Source of the DNA: Eledone cirrhosa
Lineage: Eukaryota
Reading direction: 5' to 3'
Assembly (NCBI GenBank): GCA_964016885.1
Contig: OZ024757.1
Coordinates: 23,002,001-23,066,000 of the forward strand
Length of the DNA stretch: 64,000 nt
The notes under the pieces are model-generated. The model was not told where the DNA came from. It did no database searches and worked only from the letters and a program-made list of their open reading frames with translations. Below are positions 11,560-24,799 of this stretch, one piece after another (the stretch's first letter is position 1; each line of letters starts with the position of its first letter). Both the position numbers and the translations under genes were made by a program.

Positions 11560-12185
11560 ATGTGAATGGAGTTCCACTGAATCAGGTAGAGAAGTTCAAG
11601 TAACTCGGAGCCGTATTCACAAGTGATGGAAGGCAGGAGGCTGAATTAAATGCAAGAATTGCAAAAGCTGATGCAGTAATGCACCAGCTTCAGCATTCAG
11701 AAATCAGAAGAAGGAAGGTAGGTGTAAAAGCCAAACTTGCTGTCTTCCTGGTATTCATATCAACCCATATCAAGGGTAATGACCAAAAGAATACGATTGC
11801 AAATACAACCGGCCAAAATGGGATTCCTCCGAAGGGTCTTTGGAGTAATATTACTGAATAAAGTGCATAGCTCGGAGATCAGAGAGTCACTCCTGGTAGA
11901 GCCGCTACTTCTCCAGATTGAGAGATCACAGCTCCGATACTATGGACATGTGGTTATAATGTCTCAGGAAAGAATTGCTGGACAGATTTTACAGGTAAAA
12001 TCAACCAGCAAGAGACCCAGAGAAAGATAGTTGGATAACATCAATGAGCTTGGCTAGTCATGCTTTGGGGTCCAGCTGGATCAGTTAGAGATGTTTGCTA
12101 CTGACAGACTCGCTGGAAGGAGTGTTTGAGAAGGACTCTGCTCCCACGACCCTCTCAGAAATAAGTGGGCAAAGAAGATAAAGAT
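11560..12185 (+). mobile_element. RTE LINE 3' fragment
   Basis: QVEKFK*LGAVFTSDG, and ORF 11737-12030 LQIERSQLRYYGHVVIMSQERI...KRPRER. Confidence 0.85.
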
Positions 12186-12309
12186 ATTGTCAATTTACTT
12201 TTCAATTTACATATATCTATATGCATATAATACCAATATGCACACTACATATGCTAGCAGAAGACTGCCTGAAGGATGGTGGTTCTGCTAGTGTTGTTAA
12301 TGTAATTAA

Positions 12310-13105
12310 AAGGGTGGTGGATTTGTGGAATCGGTAGAGCATTGGATAAAATGTCACTGTATGTGGTATTGGTTCTAACCTTTTACATTCTGAGTTCAAA
12401 TCCCACCAAGGTCAACTTTGTCTTTCATCTTTGTCAGGTCAATAAAATAAAATACCAGTTAAATATCGGGGTCAACTATAACAACAAAAATAATAATCCT
12501 TAAAAGCTCATTTTCAGATTCTGAGTGAACCCTTCAAGGTCAACTTTGCCTTTCTTTGTTCTGAGGTTGATAAAATAAAATACCCGACAAATATTTCAGC
12601 CAATGGATTTGCAAAATGCCATTGTGGTATTTATTCTGGCCTCTTTACATTCTGAGTTCAAATCCCACCAAGGTCAACTTTGCCTTTCGTCCTTCCAATG
12701 TCGATTAAATAAAATACCACTCAACTTTACTCTGCCCTAAATTTGTTGGCCTTGTACCTAAATTATAATACAATATTACATAATCAAAGGATCATGGATT
12801 GGCAGAATTGGTAGAGCGTTACGTAAAATACCATTAAGGTATTTAATCTGACTTTTTACATTCTCAGTTCAAATCTCACCAAGATCAACTTTGTTTTTCA
12901 TTCTTCTGAGGTTTATAAAATAAAGTACCAGTCCCATACTGGTTCATATAATCAACTTTGTCCTGCCATACATTTATTGGCCTTTTATCTAAATTATAAA
13001 TCAATATTTAATCATTTAAAAGGGGGTTGATTGCCAGAATTGGTGGAGCATCAGATAAAATGTCATTGTATGTTATTTGTTCTGGCTCTTTACATTTTGA
13101 GTTCA
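12310..13105 (+). mobile_element. Cluster of old, diverged SINE A-like copies (about 4-5, same orientation)
   Basis: Repeated TTTACATTCTGAGTTCAAATCCCACCAAGGTCAACTTTG...GATAAAATAAAATACC. Confidence 0.8.
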
Positions 13106-13194
13106 ATCCAGCATTGCATGTAATATGAGAACAATAGAATTCTAGGTTATACACAGAACAAAGCCAATTAATATAAAACTGTTTACTGAAAAAT

Positions 13195-14060
13195 AATTGT
13201 TTCTACTTTAGGCACAAGGCCAGCAATTACCCAGTACATTACTGGTACTTTATTTTATCGACCCCGTAAGGATGAAAGGCAAAGTTAACCTCGGCGGGAT
13301 TTGAACTCAGATCATAAAGGGACGTAACTCTATGCTTCAAAGCATGGTGTCCGACTCTCTACCGATACTGCCAATCCACCGCTTACTGAAAAATAATGGT
13401 TTCTAATTTAGGCACAAGGCCAGCAATTATCTCAGTGTATTACTGGTACTTTATTTTATAGACCCCGTAAGGATGAAAGGCAAAAGTTAAACTCGGCGGG
13501 ATTTGAACTCAGACCATAAAGGGTCGTAACTCTTTGTTGCAAAGCATGGCATCCGACCTTCTACCAATACTGCAAATCCACCACCGTTTACTGAAAAATA
13601 ATGGTTTCTAATTTAGGCACAAGACCAGCAATTTTAAAAGGAGGGGAACTTATTAACCTCAGTACTTAATTGGTACTTCTGTTTTATCAACCCATAAAGG
13701 ATGAAAGGCAAAGTTGACCTTGGCGAGATTTGAATTCAAAACATAGGAAATCATAACTAAATATCACAAACCGTTCTGTCCAACGTGCCAATGACTTCCC
13801 CAATCCATTGTCATCTCATTTCATTAGAAACTGTAATATAAGTCTTTATGATTTTGACACACGGCCAAAGATTTTGGAGAAGGTGAGTGTTGATTAAATT
13901 ACCCCTAGTGTGTTAATGGTACTTTATTTTATTGACACCGAAAGAATGAAAGGCAAAGCTAACCTCGGTGGGATTTGAACTCAGAAAATAAAGGAACATA
14001 ACTCTATGCCACAAAGTATGTTGTTTGACGCTCTACCGATACTACCAATCCTCCACCCTT
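13195..14060 (-). mobile_element. Four tandem SINE A copies
   Basis: Two young full copies (13195-13381, 13397-13585), each bounded by TTACTGAAAAATAAT, followed by two older copies. Confidence 0.85.
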
Positions 14061-14795
14061 AAAACTGTAATATAATGGAATTCACGTTTATAGGAAAAGA
14101 GTAACATAGAGAGTAGTTTCATATTTAGGGTCACCGTTGAGACCTCTGGTGTCCTAGGGCCCCGTATTGCTGATTTCTTCTGCAAAGCTGGAAAGACAGC
14201 AGGCCTCCTAAGGATATAGCCCCATGAGGCGGGGGTAGTTGTTGTAGTGGGTATTATTGGCCATTCTTCGTGGCAATACCTTCACCATTCTGTCAGTGGG
14301 GCACTGCAGAATTACCCCTCAGATTCAGGGGTGTAGAATCTGTCCCTCACCCCCTCTCTCTTTTTCCTTCATTTTCTGTTTTTCTTTCTCTTTCCTTTTT
14401 TGTTTTGTTTCATACTATTATATTTTATTTGTCTAACTTTACAACGTTATATTTTGTGTACCAATTAGTTGCTGCTTCCTGTAATTAACTGTTGGTTAAT
14501 TATGGACAGGATTGAGATTGAGCAACATATCATGCACAGCTCACCTCAGTTATTCTTTATCAACTCATTCAAATAGAATTATTAATACTCACAGAATTTA
14601 ATCAAGTAATGGTTGTTGAAAAGTTCTCTCTATTCTGTTTGAAAATACTTGAAAGCATTTATGGCAGGATTGTTAAAAAGTTTATGTTGCATTCCTGAGA
14701 TATTAGGTTCAATTCCATTACACGACACCTTGAGCAAGTTTCTTCTACCATTGCCTCAGGCTGAATCAAGTAAAGGTTGTTGAGAATTTCTCTCT

Positions 14796-15272
14796 ATGAG
14801 GGTCGACTGAAACGTTCAGAGGCTGAGTATGAATGAGTGATGTGAGAGCTGTGAAATCTTGCATGCATTAATTTCAACTCTTCTTATTAATAACTGCATT
14901 GTTTCTTTCCAAGAACTATGTTGAAAAATAAACCACATTTGGTCATTCTATGAGAGTATCTTGGTCAGCCTATGAAGGAGTGATGCTAGAGCCGTGAAAT
15001 CTTGTATGCATTAATTTCAACTCTTCTTATTAATAACTGCATTGTTTCTTTCCAAGAACTATGTTGAAAAATAAACCCCATTTGGTCATTCTATGAGAGT
15101 ATCTTGGTCAGCCTATGAAGGAGTGATGCTAGAGCCGTGAAATCTTGTATGCATTAATTTCAACTCTTCTTATTAATAACTGCATTGTTTCTTTCCAGGG
15201 ACTATGTTGAAAAATAAATCCCATTTGGTCATTCCATGAGAGTATCTTAGTCAGCTTATAAATTTTTCAAAA
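14796..15272. mobile_element. Mariner-like MITE containing about three copies of a 143-bp tandem repeat
   Basis: Starts TATGAGGGTCGACTGAAACGTTCAGAGGCTGA, like a mariner TIR; the imperfect inverse TCAGCTTATAAATTTTTCAA is at about 15251. GTGAAATCTTG recurs at 14851, 14994 and 15137. Confidence 0.6.
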
Positions 15273-15616
15273 ATAGTTGTTCAGCATTTCTCTCTATTCT
15301 GTTTGAAAATACATGGCTGTTGCAGCAGGTGTTGGAGGCCAGTGCCCACAGCAGTGCCTAAGCCATTTTGTCTGTGGGGAACAGCCAAAACACCACTCTA
15401 ACTTAGGTGTAGAGTCTGTCACCCTCCCCCTGTTCCCCCTTTTCTTTCCTTACCTAATAATTCTCACCCTTTCCCTCATTTTCCTCTCATTTATAGTCTT
15501 TTACAATGCTACTTTCTTTTTCTTTGATTGATTTCTATTGATTTGTTTCTTTTGAATATTTCATATTCATTATATAAATTACATAACACTTGCTAGCAGG
15601 GAAAGCAGACATTAAT

Positions 15617-15648
<32 letters not shown>

Positions 15649-16323
15649 ATTGTGTTTATATGTAAAAATAAAAAAATACTTGATTGTATACATGGCTGAA
15701 GAGTTAAAAATTTCACTCTACATTCATGAGGTTTTAAGTTCAATTCCTTGCATGAAACTTTGAGCAAGTGTCTTCTACCATTGCTTCAGGTTTATCCTAG
15801 CTTTGGGAAGAAAGGAAACTAGGTTGATAGAAAACAGGAGGGAAGAATATCAGATGGGAAAAATGTACCTCTACCTGTAATTCAAAACACCTGTCTTGCC
15901 ACATAACATGTCATATTGATTTTGCTGTCTAATTATTTATTGGCTTGGACAGAAAATTCCTGCCATTTTTCAAAGAAAGGTATTTTGGTAGAGCTTTCTG
16001 GAAATGTTGTAGGTTGATAGAATTGTTTGTATTGAAGCCAGAAGAATTGAATCATGTGCCTTCCTAAATGATGGCAGATAGTAATTGCAGATGATGGTGA
16101 TTATTTTAACTTGGAAAATTTTTCTAATGTGAAAAAATGCCAAAGCCAATGAAAATTTAGAAAACGGTAAGAACTTTCTGTCCAACCTAATATATTACAA
16201 GTGCAAGTATCTTTGGAATACTCAGCCACTTTGTAATGCAAAACGAAACAGAAATAACAAAGCAAACAACACTGTTCAATGAAGAAATATATTAGTTTAG
16301 CCATTGATAAAGTAGGAAAAGTG

Positions 16324-16359
16324 TCTTAACGTCTTGGACACAAGTCCTTCATCAGAAGA
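16324..16359 (-). ncRNA. Degenerate minimal hammerhead motif
   Basis: Minus strand reads TCTT-CTGATGA-A-GGAC TTGT GTCC-AAGACG-TT-AAGA. Stems I and II are intact; GAAA is mutated to AAGA. Confidence 0.5.
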
Positions 16360-16693
16360 AATAAAAGATGAGATAGAAAGATAGAGAGTGAGAAAAATGA
16401 GAAGAGAAAAAATAATTTGTGAAAAAATACGTGTGTATTCAGTCAGCCATTTTGGAGAAAAATATAATGTAGGTAATTTCATTGGTACAATAATATAAGT
16501 GTCTTTGGAATACTCAACCATACTATAATGTAAGTAGTTGTATTTTCAAGGCTGTTTACTTTAAAATGTTTATATTTAACTAAAAGTCTCCCCTCATAAT
16601 TTTATGTAAGAACCTCTCTTAAGTTATGTTCCAAAGACCAGCTTAAAATGGAAAAGTTAGTCATATTGCTAAATTATTTTCTAAATTATTTAA

Positions 16694-16913
16694 CCCTTTA
16701 GTATTTGCAATATTCTCTATATACTATTGTATTTTCGTGGTGAAGGCTTTATCTTACATTATTATCTCACATAATATCAAATTTATGAGATTTTGATATT
16801 ATTCATTTTAAGAACAATACTTTAACATTGGTCTGAGTGGCCAGTTATGGCTGGTTTGAGCAGTGGAGGTGAGAGAATTCTGGCCGGATACAGTCGGTTT
16901 GAATGCTAAAGGG
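16694..16913. mobile_element. piggyBac-like MITE (TTAA TSD)
   Basis: TTAA-CCCTTTAGTATT ... AATGCTAAAGGG-TTAA. An inverted second copy lies at about 21279-21493. Confidence 0.8.
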
Positions 16914-17029
16914 TTAAAACAGATAGGCTGTCTTTCATTAGAGATATGGTAATAAAAGAATTATTTAACTCTTCCAAATTTGTTATTGTTTTCTAAATTA
17001 TTTGAAACACAATCACATATTGAATTAAG

Positions 17030-17915
17030 TGCAAGATTTTCAAAAGCTGGTGCAGTAATGTGTAGCTTCAGCATTCTGTAATCAGAAGAAGGGAGGTAAG
17101 TGTAAAAGCCAAACTCACTATCTTCAATTCAGCAATCATGCCAAACCTTACCAGCAGTCAACAATTTTGGGTCATAACTGAAAGTATATAATTGTGAATA
17201 CAAACGCCCGAAATGGGGTTCCTACGAAGTGTCGAAGTGTCTGTGGTTAGGATTTCTCAGGAAAGAATCCCAGGGCAGATTTTACAGGCAAAAATCAACC
17301 AGTGGGAGACCTAGGGGTAAGCCCCAAGCAAGAAGACTGGATAACATCTCTGAGCTCAGCAGGTCTCACTTGGGATAACAGCTCAGCAGGTCTCACTTGG
17401 GATAACAGCTCAGCAGGTCTCACTTTGGATAACAGCTCAGCAGGTCTCACTTGGGATAACAGCTCAGCAGGTCTCACTTGGGATAACAGCTCAGCAGGTC
17501 TCACTTGGGATAACAGCTCAGCAGGTCTCACTTGGGATAACAGCTCAGCAGGTCTCACTTGGGATAACAGCTCAGCAGGTCTCACTTGGGATAACAGCTC
17601 AGCAGGTCTCACTTGGGATAACAGCTCAGTAGGTCTCACTTGGGATAACAGCTCAGTAGTTCTCACTTGGGATAACAGCTCAGTAGTTCTCACTTGGGAT
17701 AACAGCTCAGCAGGTCTCACTTGGGATAACAGCTCAGCAGGTCTCACTTGGGATACCAGCTCAGTAGGTCTCACTTGGGATAACAGCTCAGTAGTTCTCA
17801 CTTGGAGACCCAGCTGGATCACTTAGAGATGGTTGTTTCCGAGAGAACTTGCTGGAAGGAATGTTTGAGGACTCTGGCTTCCTAACCTCCTCAGGAATAA
17901 GTGGGTGAAAAAGAA
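17030..17915 (+). mobile_element. RTE LINE fragment hosting a minisatellite
   Basis: Flanks align with 11645-12180 (CAAAAGCTG.TGCAGTAATG...CAGATTTTACAGG.AAAATCAACCAG...CCAGCTGGATCA.TTAGAGATG). Confidence 0.8.
17339..17805. repeat. 27-bp minisatellite, about 17 copies
   Basis: Unit AGCTCAGCAGGTCTCACTTGGGATAAC; it produces the SSAGLTWDN and RPAELLSQV ORFs. Confidence 0.95.
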
Positions 17916-18210
17916 GACATAAACAGACAGGGTCGTTCATTAGAAATATGGGAATGAAAGGATTATTTAATTAATTTCTCAAAATTTGTGATTGTTTTTC
18001 AAAATGGCTACCAAACATATCGGCAATAGATCTTAGTTGTAAAGATGGTTACAAAATGGTTAACTTGCTTCCATGAAGAAACAAATACAAAAGATAATGA
18101 CAATATTTTCAAATCAAGTAAAGAGAAACATTATTAAGAATGATTGAGTAAGTGATAGTCTTATAAAGATTTGTTTCTCACCACAATTTATTTATTTAAC
18201 TCCTTAGCAT

Positions 18211-18212
<2 letters not shown>

Positions 18213-18267
<55 letters not shown>

Positions 18268-18336
18268 CACAGATATATATACATACACATATATATATAT
18301 ATATATGTATATATATATGTATATATATATACATAC

Positions 18337-18393
<57 letters not shown>

Positions 18394-18394
18394 T

Positions 18395-18433
<39 letters not shown>

Positions 18434-18461
18434 TACACATACATATATATATATATACATA

Positions 18462-18497
<36 letters not shown>

Positions 18498-18855
18498 CAT
18501 ACATATATATACATATATATATATATACATACATACATATATATACATATATAAATATATACATATACATACATATATATATACATACATATATATATAC
18601 ATATATATATACATACATATACATATATATATATATATACATATATATATACATATATATATACACACATACATACATACATATATATATACACACACAC
18701 ATATATATATATATACACACACATATATATATATGTATACACACACACACACACACACAGATTTACAGATATACATATATATATATATATATATACATAC
18801 ACATATATATATATATATATACATACATACATACATACACATATATATATATATG
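18213..18855. repeat. (TA)n/(TACA)n microsatellite
   Basis: Direct reading. Confidence 0.95.
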
Positions 18856-19229
18856 TTTTTAAATTGCTGATAGAATCTTCATTTCTTGTTTCTTAAAGAC
18901 AGTTAAAATGTCAGATGAGGCTTGGTAGCAAAATAAATAATTTCAAAACTTTAAATTCAATGACAGTTATTCCCTATTAAGACTATAAAACAATAATTTC
19001 ATTGCATCCTTTAAAAAATATATAAAATAAACAGAAATAAATTTAGAAACAAATCTGATCAGTCACGGCTAGAGAGAGAGAGAGAGGGGGGGGGGAGAGG
19101 GAGAGAGAGAGAGGGAGAGAGAGAGAGAGAGAGAGATTGCTCGTTTTCTTTTGTTATGTCATTTTGGTTAGGTCAAAATGGTATAAATTATGAGGTTAGT
19201 TTATCAATAATTACCATTCAAATAGATAT

Positions 19230-19680
19230 GTTTCTTTATTAGCCACAGGGGCACAAAAGAAGGGGACAAATACAAAGGGGGAAGTTTACATACAATAAAG
19301 ACGTGTAAAATATTATCACAAATGCAATTTAAAGAATTAGTCCATTTTCCCCAATAGGGGAGACATTACATATGGGTAACACATACCCCCGAAAAAATGT
19401 GCAACCCTCATCTCCAGGAGTACGAAGAGTGAGTACCCCTTTCCTCTCTTCCTCTTTTTCCTCAACCTACAGGCTGATATAGAGAGAAGGCCCATTCACT
19501 TGGGCCATTCTCACCACTTTCACCCACCTTTCATAAAACTTGCTGGAGTACAGCACCTCTCTCTCCATCCTGATTCTTCTTCCAAAGTGGTATTTGAAAA
19601 AAAGAATCAGTTGTTGGCTGGAGAGAAAGATGTCTGACCTCAGCCCTTTCAACCTTGTCCACCCTTCGGGTGGTTTTCTG
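19230..19680 (-). mobile_element. L1/Tx1-like LINE 3' end
   Basis: WTRLKGLRSDIFLSSQQLILFFKYHFGRRIRMEREVL...FYERWVKV then stop; the 3'UTR ends CCCCTGTGGCTAATAAAGAAA. Similar ends at 20660-20692 (+) and 23718-23985 (-). Confidence 0.6.
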
Positions 19681-20019
19681 CTAGCATGTGTAGTGTGTAT
19701 ATTGATATTATTATTATTAAATAAAATCGTAATTGACAATATACACAGAAATTGAACGAAGACTGCGTTACACTGTCTTATGTAATCAGTAACGTAATCC
19801 ATGATACATTAAAAAAAGACGATATTATATATAAACTCATTAGGAGAAAATTAGTGACAGAAAATTAATATGTTTATTTAAGCGATCGCCACCAGAAGTG
19901 TTGACATTTGAACATTTTAAAGAAATGAATCTTTAAATAAATAATAAAATATATTTAATGAACAGCCACCAAATTTAGTAGATAAATTATGTAATATTCA
20001 TTCATTATTTATTCAAAGA

Positions 20020-20225
20020 GTAATAAAGTACCAGTAATACACTGGGTAATTGCTGGCCTTGTGCCTAACGTAGAAACAATTATCAAAGAGTTACGGCCCT
20101 TTATGGTCTGAGTTCAAATCCCACCGAGGTTAACTTTGCCTTTCATCCTTACGGGTCGATAAAATAAAGTACCAGTAATACACTGGGATAATTGCTGGCC
20201 TTGTACCAAAAAGTAGAAACAATTA
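20020..20225 (+). mobile_element. SINE A partial copies
   Basis: Consensus match; TTATTTATTCAAAG is repeated on the flanks. Confidence 0.8.
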
Positions 20226-21278
20226 TTTATTCAAAGTAATCCAACTTATTTTACTAATGGGATAAAAAATTATAAACCATACGCAGTCCCGCACTTCTTA
20301 CTTTATTATAGTTTAGATTATGTATAGTTTGCACAGGTGAATATGATAATTATTCGATCTTCTGTGGCCTCAACAAGGACCTAAGAGAATATTTTCTGGA
20401 GTATGTGGGTAGGGTACAATGACTGTAGATGAGCAATTTATGATTCAAGCCCTATTTGCTTAAGAAACTACAGGGTGAGGGCACTTTGACCTAGCAGACA
20501 GGGTGACTGTGGCTTTTGTGGTATTTCTACGCAAGTGACCTTTAGAGTCACCTCACCTTTGGGGAATTGGTAATGTTTGTTTTGAATGTTTATTTTCTTA
20601 GTCTCTTTTATAAAAAAAAACCCACACTGTATCATCCTGTACCATCTTTAATGTTTCCTTAATGTCAGCCCTGTGTGGCTAATAAAGAAATCATCATTAT
20701 TTTTTTTTTTATTTGATTTCCATTTTAGAAGGTGAATGGTTGATGTCAGCACAGGTTGTTGCTTTTCCCTGCGATCTGATCAAAAGATTTGTTGGTACCT
20801 TTCTTGATAATTCCCTGGGCACCCACAACAGGAATGATTTTGGTTTTTTATTGGCACATCCTAGGTATCTCAGCTTCTTTGCCTTTCATCCTTCCGGGGT
20901 AAATAAAATAAAGTACCAGTGATGTACTGGGGTCAATGTCATAACCTTCTCCTCCCCACAAATTAGAAATCATTATTATGGTGGCGGATTGGCAGTGTCG
21001 GTAGAGGGTCGGACATCATGCTTTGCAGCATGTAGTTATGTTATGGGGTCGATAAAATAAAGTACCAGTAATACACTGGGGTAATTGCTGGCCTTGTGCC
21101 AAAAGTAGAAACAATTATTATGTATAGTTTACATAGTAAATAGTATAATAACAATCATTTACTGCCTGTCATGTCTCAACAGAGACCTCAGACAATACTT
21201 TCCCGAGTATATGGACAATGTTTAATGGGGCAGTTCTTTTGTAGAAGACCAATTTGTGATTTGAGCTCTACTTATTAA

Positions 21279-21493
21279 CCTTTTAGCATTTAAACCAGCC
21301 ATATCCGGCCAGAACTTTCTCAGCTCTTTCTGTTCAAACTAGCCATAAGTGGTTGCTCATACTGATGTTAAGGTATTGTTCTCAAAATAAATAATATCAA
21401 AATCTCATGGATTCGATATTATGTGAGATAATTATGTGAAGTAAAGCCTTTACCACAAAATACCATAGTGTATATGGAGTAATGTAAATGTTA
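21279..21493. mobile_element. piggyBac-like MITE, second copy (right end decayed)
   Basis: Starts TTAA-CCTTTTAGCATT; reverse complement of 16694-16913. Confidence 0.7.
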
Positions 21494-21544
21494 ATATTAC
21501 TGTTGTTGTTGTTACTGTTGTTATTAATATTCCTTCCTTTCTTC

Positions 21545-21780
21545 TCATCCTCATATCTGAGGGTCGGGGGTCATAGACTCAAGGACGAGCACTCTCCATC
21601 TTTTCCTGTCCCTTCATTGCTGTACATTCCACCAAATTCCTTCCTGTCCATTCCTTAATATCATCTGTCCATCTCCTTTTCTGTTGTCCCCTGGCCCTTT
21701 CCCCCCCTGTATTCGTCCCTCAAGGATGTGGATAGTCAAATTTAGGGTCCTGATGACATAACCAAAATACTGAAATTTCT
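21545..21780 (-). mobile_element. RTE LINE 3' fragment
   Basis: Aligns with 4125-4360. Confidence 0.8.
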
Positions 21781-21804
21781 ATTATAGAGCTATTGTTGTT
21801 GTTT

Positions 21805-21985
21805 TGGCAGTATCGGTAGAGGGTCTGACACCATGCTTTGCAGCATAGAGTTACAGTCCTTGCCATTCTAAGTTCAAATCCCACCAAGGTTAACTTTGCC
21901 TTTCACCCTTACAGGGTTGATAAAATAAAGTACCAGTAATGCACTGGGATAATTGCTGGCCTTGTGCCTAAAGTAGACACATTTA
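21805..21985 (+). mobile_element. SINE family A
   Basis: Consensus match; CTATTATAGAGCT is repeated on both sides. Confidence 0.85.
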
Positions 21986-22111
21986 TTACTATTATAGAGC
22001 TGTTTATTGCTGTACACAGCAATAAATCTATTGAAAGACAGAAATAAAGGTAAATATTCCATTATTTAAAACTGGAGCCAAACTGCTTCAGTGTTATTAC
22101 ATCATTACTGG

Positions 22112-22555
22112 CATGTAGTGGTGGTGGTGGTGATGATGGCAGTGGTGGTGGTGGTAGTAGCAGTGGTGGTGTTGGTAGTAGTAGTAGTAGTAGTAGTAGT
22201 AATGGTAGTGGTGGTGGTAATAGTAGTAGTGGTGGTGGGTGTTGTAGTGGTGGTAGTAGCAGTGGTGATCGTGGTTGTGGTAGTAATAGTAGTAGTAGTG
22301 GTGGTGGTGGTGGTAGTAGTAGTAGTGGTGGTGGTGGTGGTAATAGTTGTGGTAGTAATAATACCGGTAGTAGTTGTGGAGGTGGTGGTGGTAGTATTAG
22401 TAATAGTAGTAGTGGTGGTGTTGATGGGGTGCTAGTAGTAGTGATATAAGTGGTGTTGATGGGGGTGCTAGTAGTAGTGATAGTAGTAGTGATAGTAGTG
22501 GTGGTAACAGTGGTGGTGGTGGTGTTGATGGTGGTGTTTGTGGTGGTAATGGTAG
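22112..22555. repeat. (GTA/GTG)n trinucleotide tract
   Basis: Direct reading; source of the poly-V ORF. Confidence 0.92.
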
Positions 22556-22724
22556 TTCTTATTCAACTTGTAACTATTATTCCATTTTGTTGTTGTTGTT
22601 GGTGTTGTTAACGTTGTAAACCTTTAAAATACATATAGAATGCATTTTAAATAATTCCTCATTTAAAACATTTTATAAAGCTTAGAAAATAATATTGAGT
22701 TGGCTAAAGCAGAGTAACACAAGT

Positions 22725-22950
22725 GAAGGAGAGAGAGAGGGGGAAGAGAGAGGAGGAGAAATAGAGAGGGTGGGAAAGGGGAGGAGAATGAGGGATGGGA
22801 GAAAGAGAGAGGGGGAGAGACATAAGGGGTGAAAGAGAGAGGGGGGAGAGAGTGAGCGGAGAGGGGAGAGATAGGGAGGCAGAGAAGGGAGAGAGAGAGA
22901 TAGAGAAACAGAGAGAACAAGAGAAAGAGAGAGAGAGAGAGGAGAGGGAA
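22725..22950. repeat. Purine-rich (GA)n low-complexity tract
   Basis: Direct reading. Confidence 0.85.
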
Positions 22951-23223
22951 ATACATAAAAAATGAGAAAAGAATAAAGACAGACATAGCACTTAAAAACA
23001 AAATAAGTTGACTGTTCTAAAGTGAGAGTTAAAAGCCATTTTTAGTTTGAAGATAAAACACTGAAGTGATAGAATTCTGAGATGATGAAATCTTTAAAGA
23101 ATATATAAAATGGCAAGATTAAAAGAAGAATTTCAAGTCAAACATATATTTAATTATCATACAAAGAAATTTATAAAATGCGTGTTTTCATCATTTTACG
23201 TCCGCTTTTCCCTGCTTGCAAGG

Positions 23224-23263
<40 letters not shown>

Positions 23264-23651
23264 CACACATGTATAAAACGTTTTTTTATGTGATGATGGT
23301 GGTGGTGGTGTTGGCAGCAATAGTTATAATGATGTTTGTGGTGGTGGTGGTGGTGGTGGTGGTGACATGTTGCAGTACTAATGTTAACCAGTTCCTCCCA
23401 ACAGAGATAACTGTAAGCAAGAAGAGACATGCGCCGGTATTTAGCACACCCTGCAGATGAAATTAGTAGATTGGACTCTAATTTCCCAATAATTAAAGAA
23501 ATTGGATTACAGATCTCTAGATTGGATAGTATGGTGCCAGGTATTGGTTAATTTAAATCAACCATCTTAACCCGTGATGACAAGGAAATGGATAAAGGTG
23601 TCAATGTTAGATAGACAGGCAGGTAGGCATGTAGGTAGATATGTACATAGG

Positions 23652-23704
<53 letters not shown>

Positions 23705-24799
23705 TGACAGGCAGATAGATTTCTTTATTGGCCACAAGGGCGCACAAGAAAAGGGGACAATACAAAGACACATGCCGGGGATTTTACCTACAGTCGGGTA
23801 AAAAATATAAAACAAACAATTACAACAATCGAAATCCCCAATAGGGGGGGAAGCGCCACAAATGGGTTGTTTAATACCCCGTAGATAGAACAACCCTCAA
23901 CTTCAGGAGCGTGTTGTGCTAGGGCTCCTTTCTTCCTTTTGCTCTCTTCTTCAACCTACGGGTTTATAAACAGAGAAGGCCCAGACAGATAGATAGATAG
24001 GCAGATAGATAGATAGAGAGATAGAGAGACAGATAGACAGGCAGATAGAGAGAGATAGATAGACAGGCAGATAGAGAGAGAGATAGATAGACAGACAAGC
24101 TGGTAGGAAACTATAATTGATTGAAAGCAGGGAAGACAGATCAATGGAAAAAGGAGTGTAATCATATGTATTATCTGCTAAGTTTGTTGAGAAATCAGTG
24201 AAGATTCTCGTGAATTTATAGGTATTTACAGGTAAACTAATCAATAATTTACTTCCTGGCATGACTGAAGGAAGCCAACGAAATTAGATACCTGTAGAAA
24301 TCTAATAAATACTTCATTCCTGGCGTCCTCAGTCCCAGAGCTGCCATTTCCCTCTGAAAAATTGGTAGGTGTGCATCCTGCCTGAGGGAGGGGCCCTGTG
24401 AGGTGGAGTGGCTGATCTAGTGGGTGTTGCTGGCTGTTCTCTGCAACAAAACCTTTGTCATGTGATTTAGAATAAACAACCTCAGACCATCAACACAAAG
24501 GATATGCAAGGCCCCTAGCTACTGGTCAGAAATAGTTCTACCATTATATCTTCCCAGCCATTCTGAGTTCCCTAGTGGTGCCATGGTCTGAGATCAGTCA
24601 TCCAGGTAATTTACAGATACTAAAATTCTGAGCTGTCGTAGGTCAGCTTCAAAATACTTATTTCCTCACTATATAGCTCGCAAATGGATAATTTCAGTAT
24701 TGTTCAGAACATTTAGAAGAAAACACATCTCTCCTTTGATTATATATTTTTGTGTATTGTATTTATAAGATTGCTAGCAATAATTAAACAATTACATGC

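Noticed and set aside
17339-17805. CRISPR-like regular repeats (also 39123-39735, 43086-43535, 47630-48570)
   Set aside because: Units are directly adjacent with no unique spacers, there are no cas genes, the context is eukaryotic, and most units derive from the host TE sequence.
17295-17826. Antifreeze/ice-nucleation-like repeat protein
   Set aside because: The frame is open only because the unit is 27 bp. It is embedded in a decayed RTE with no gene context.
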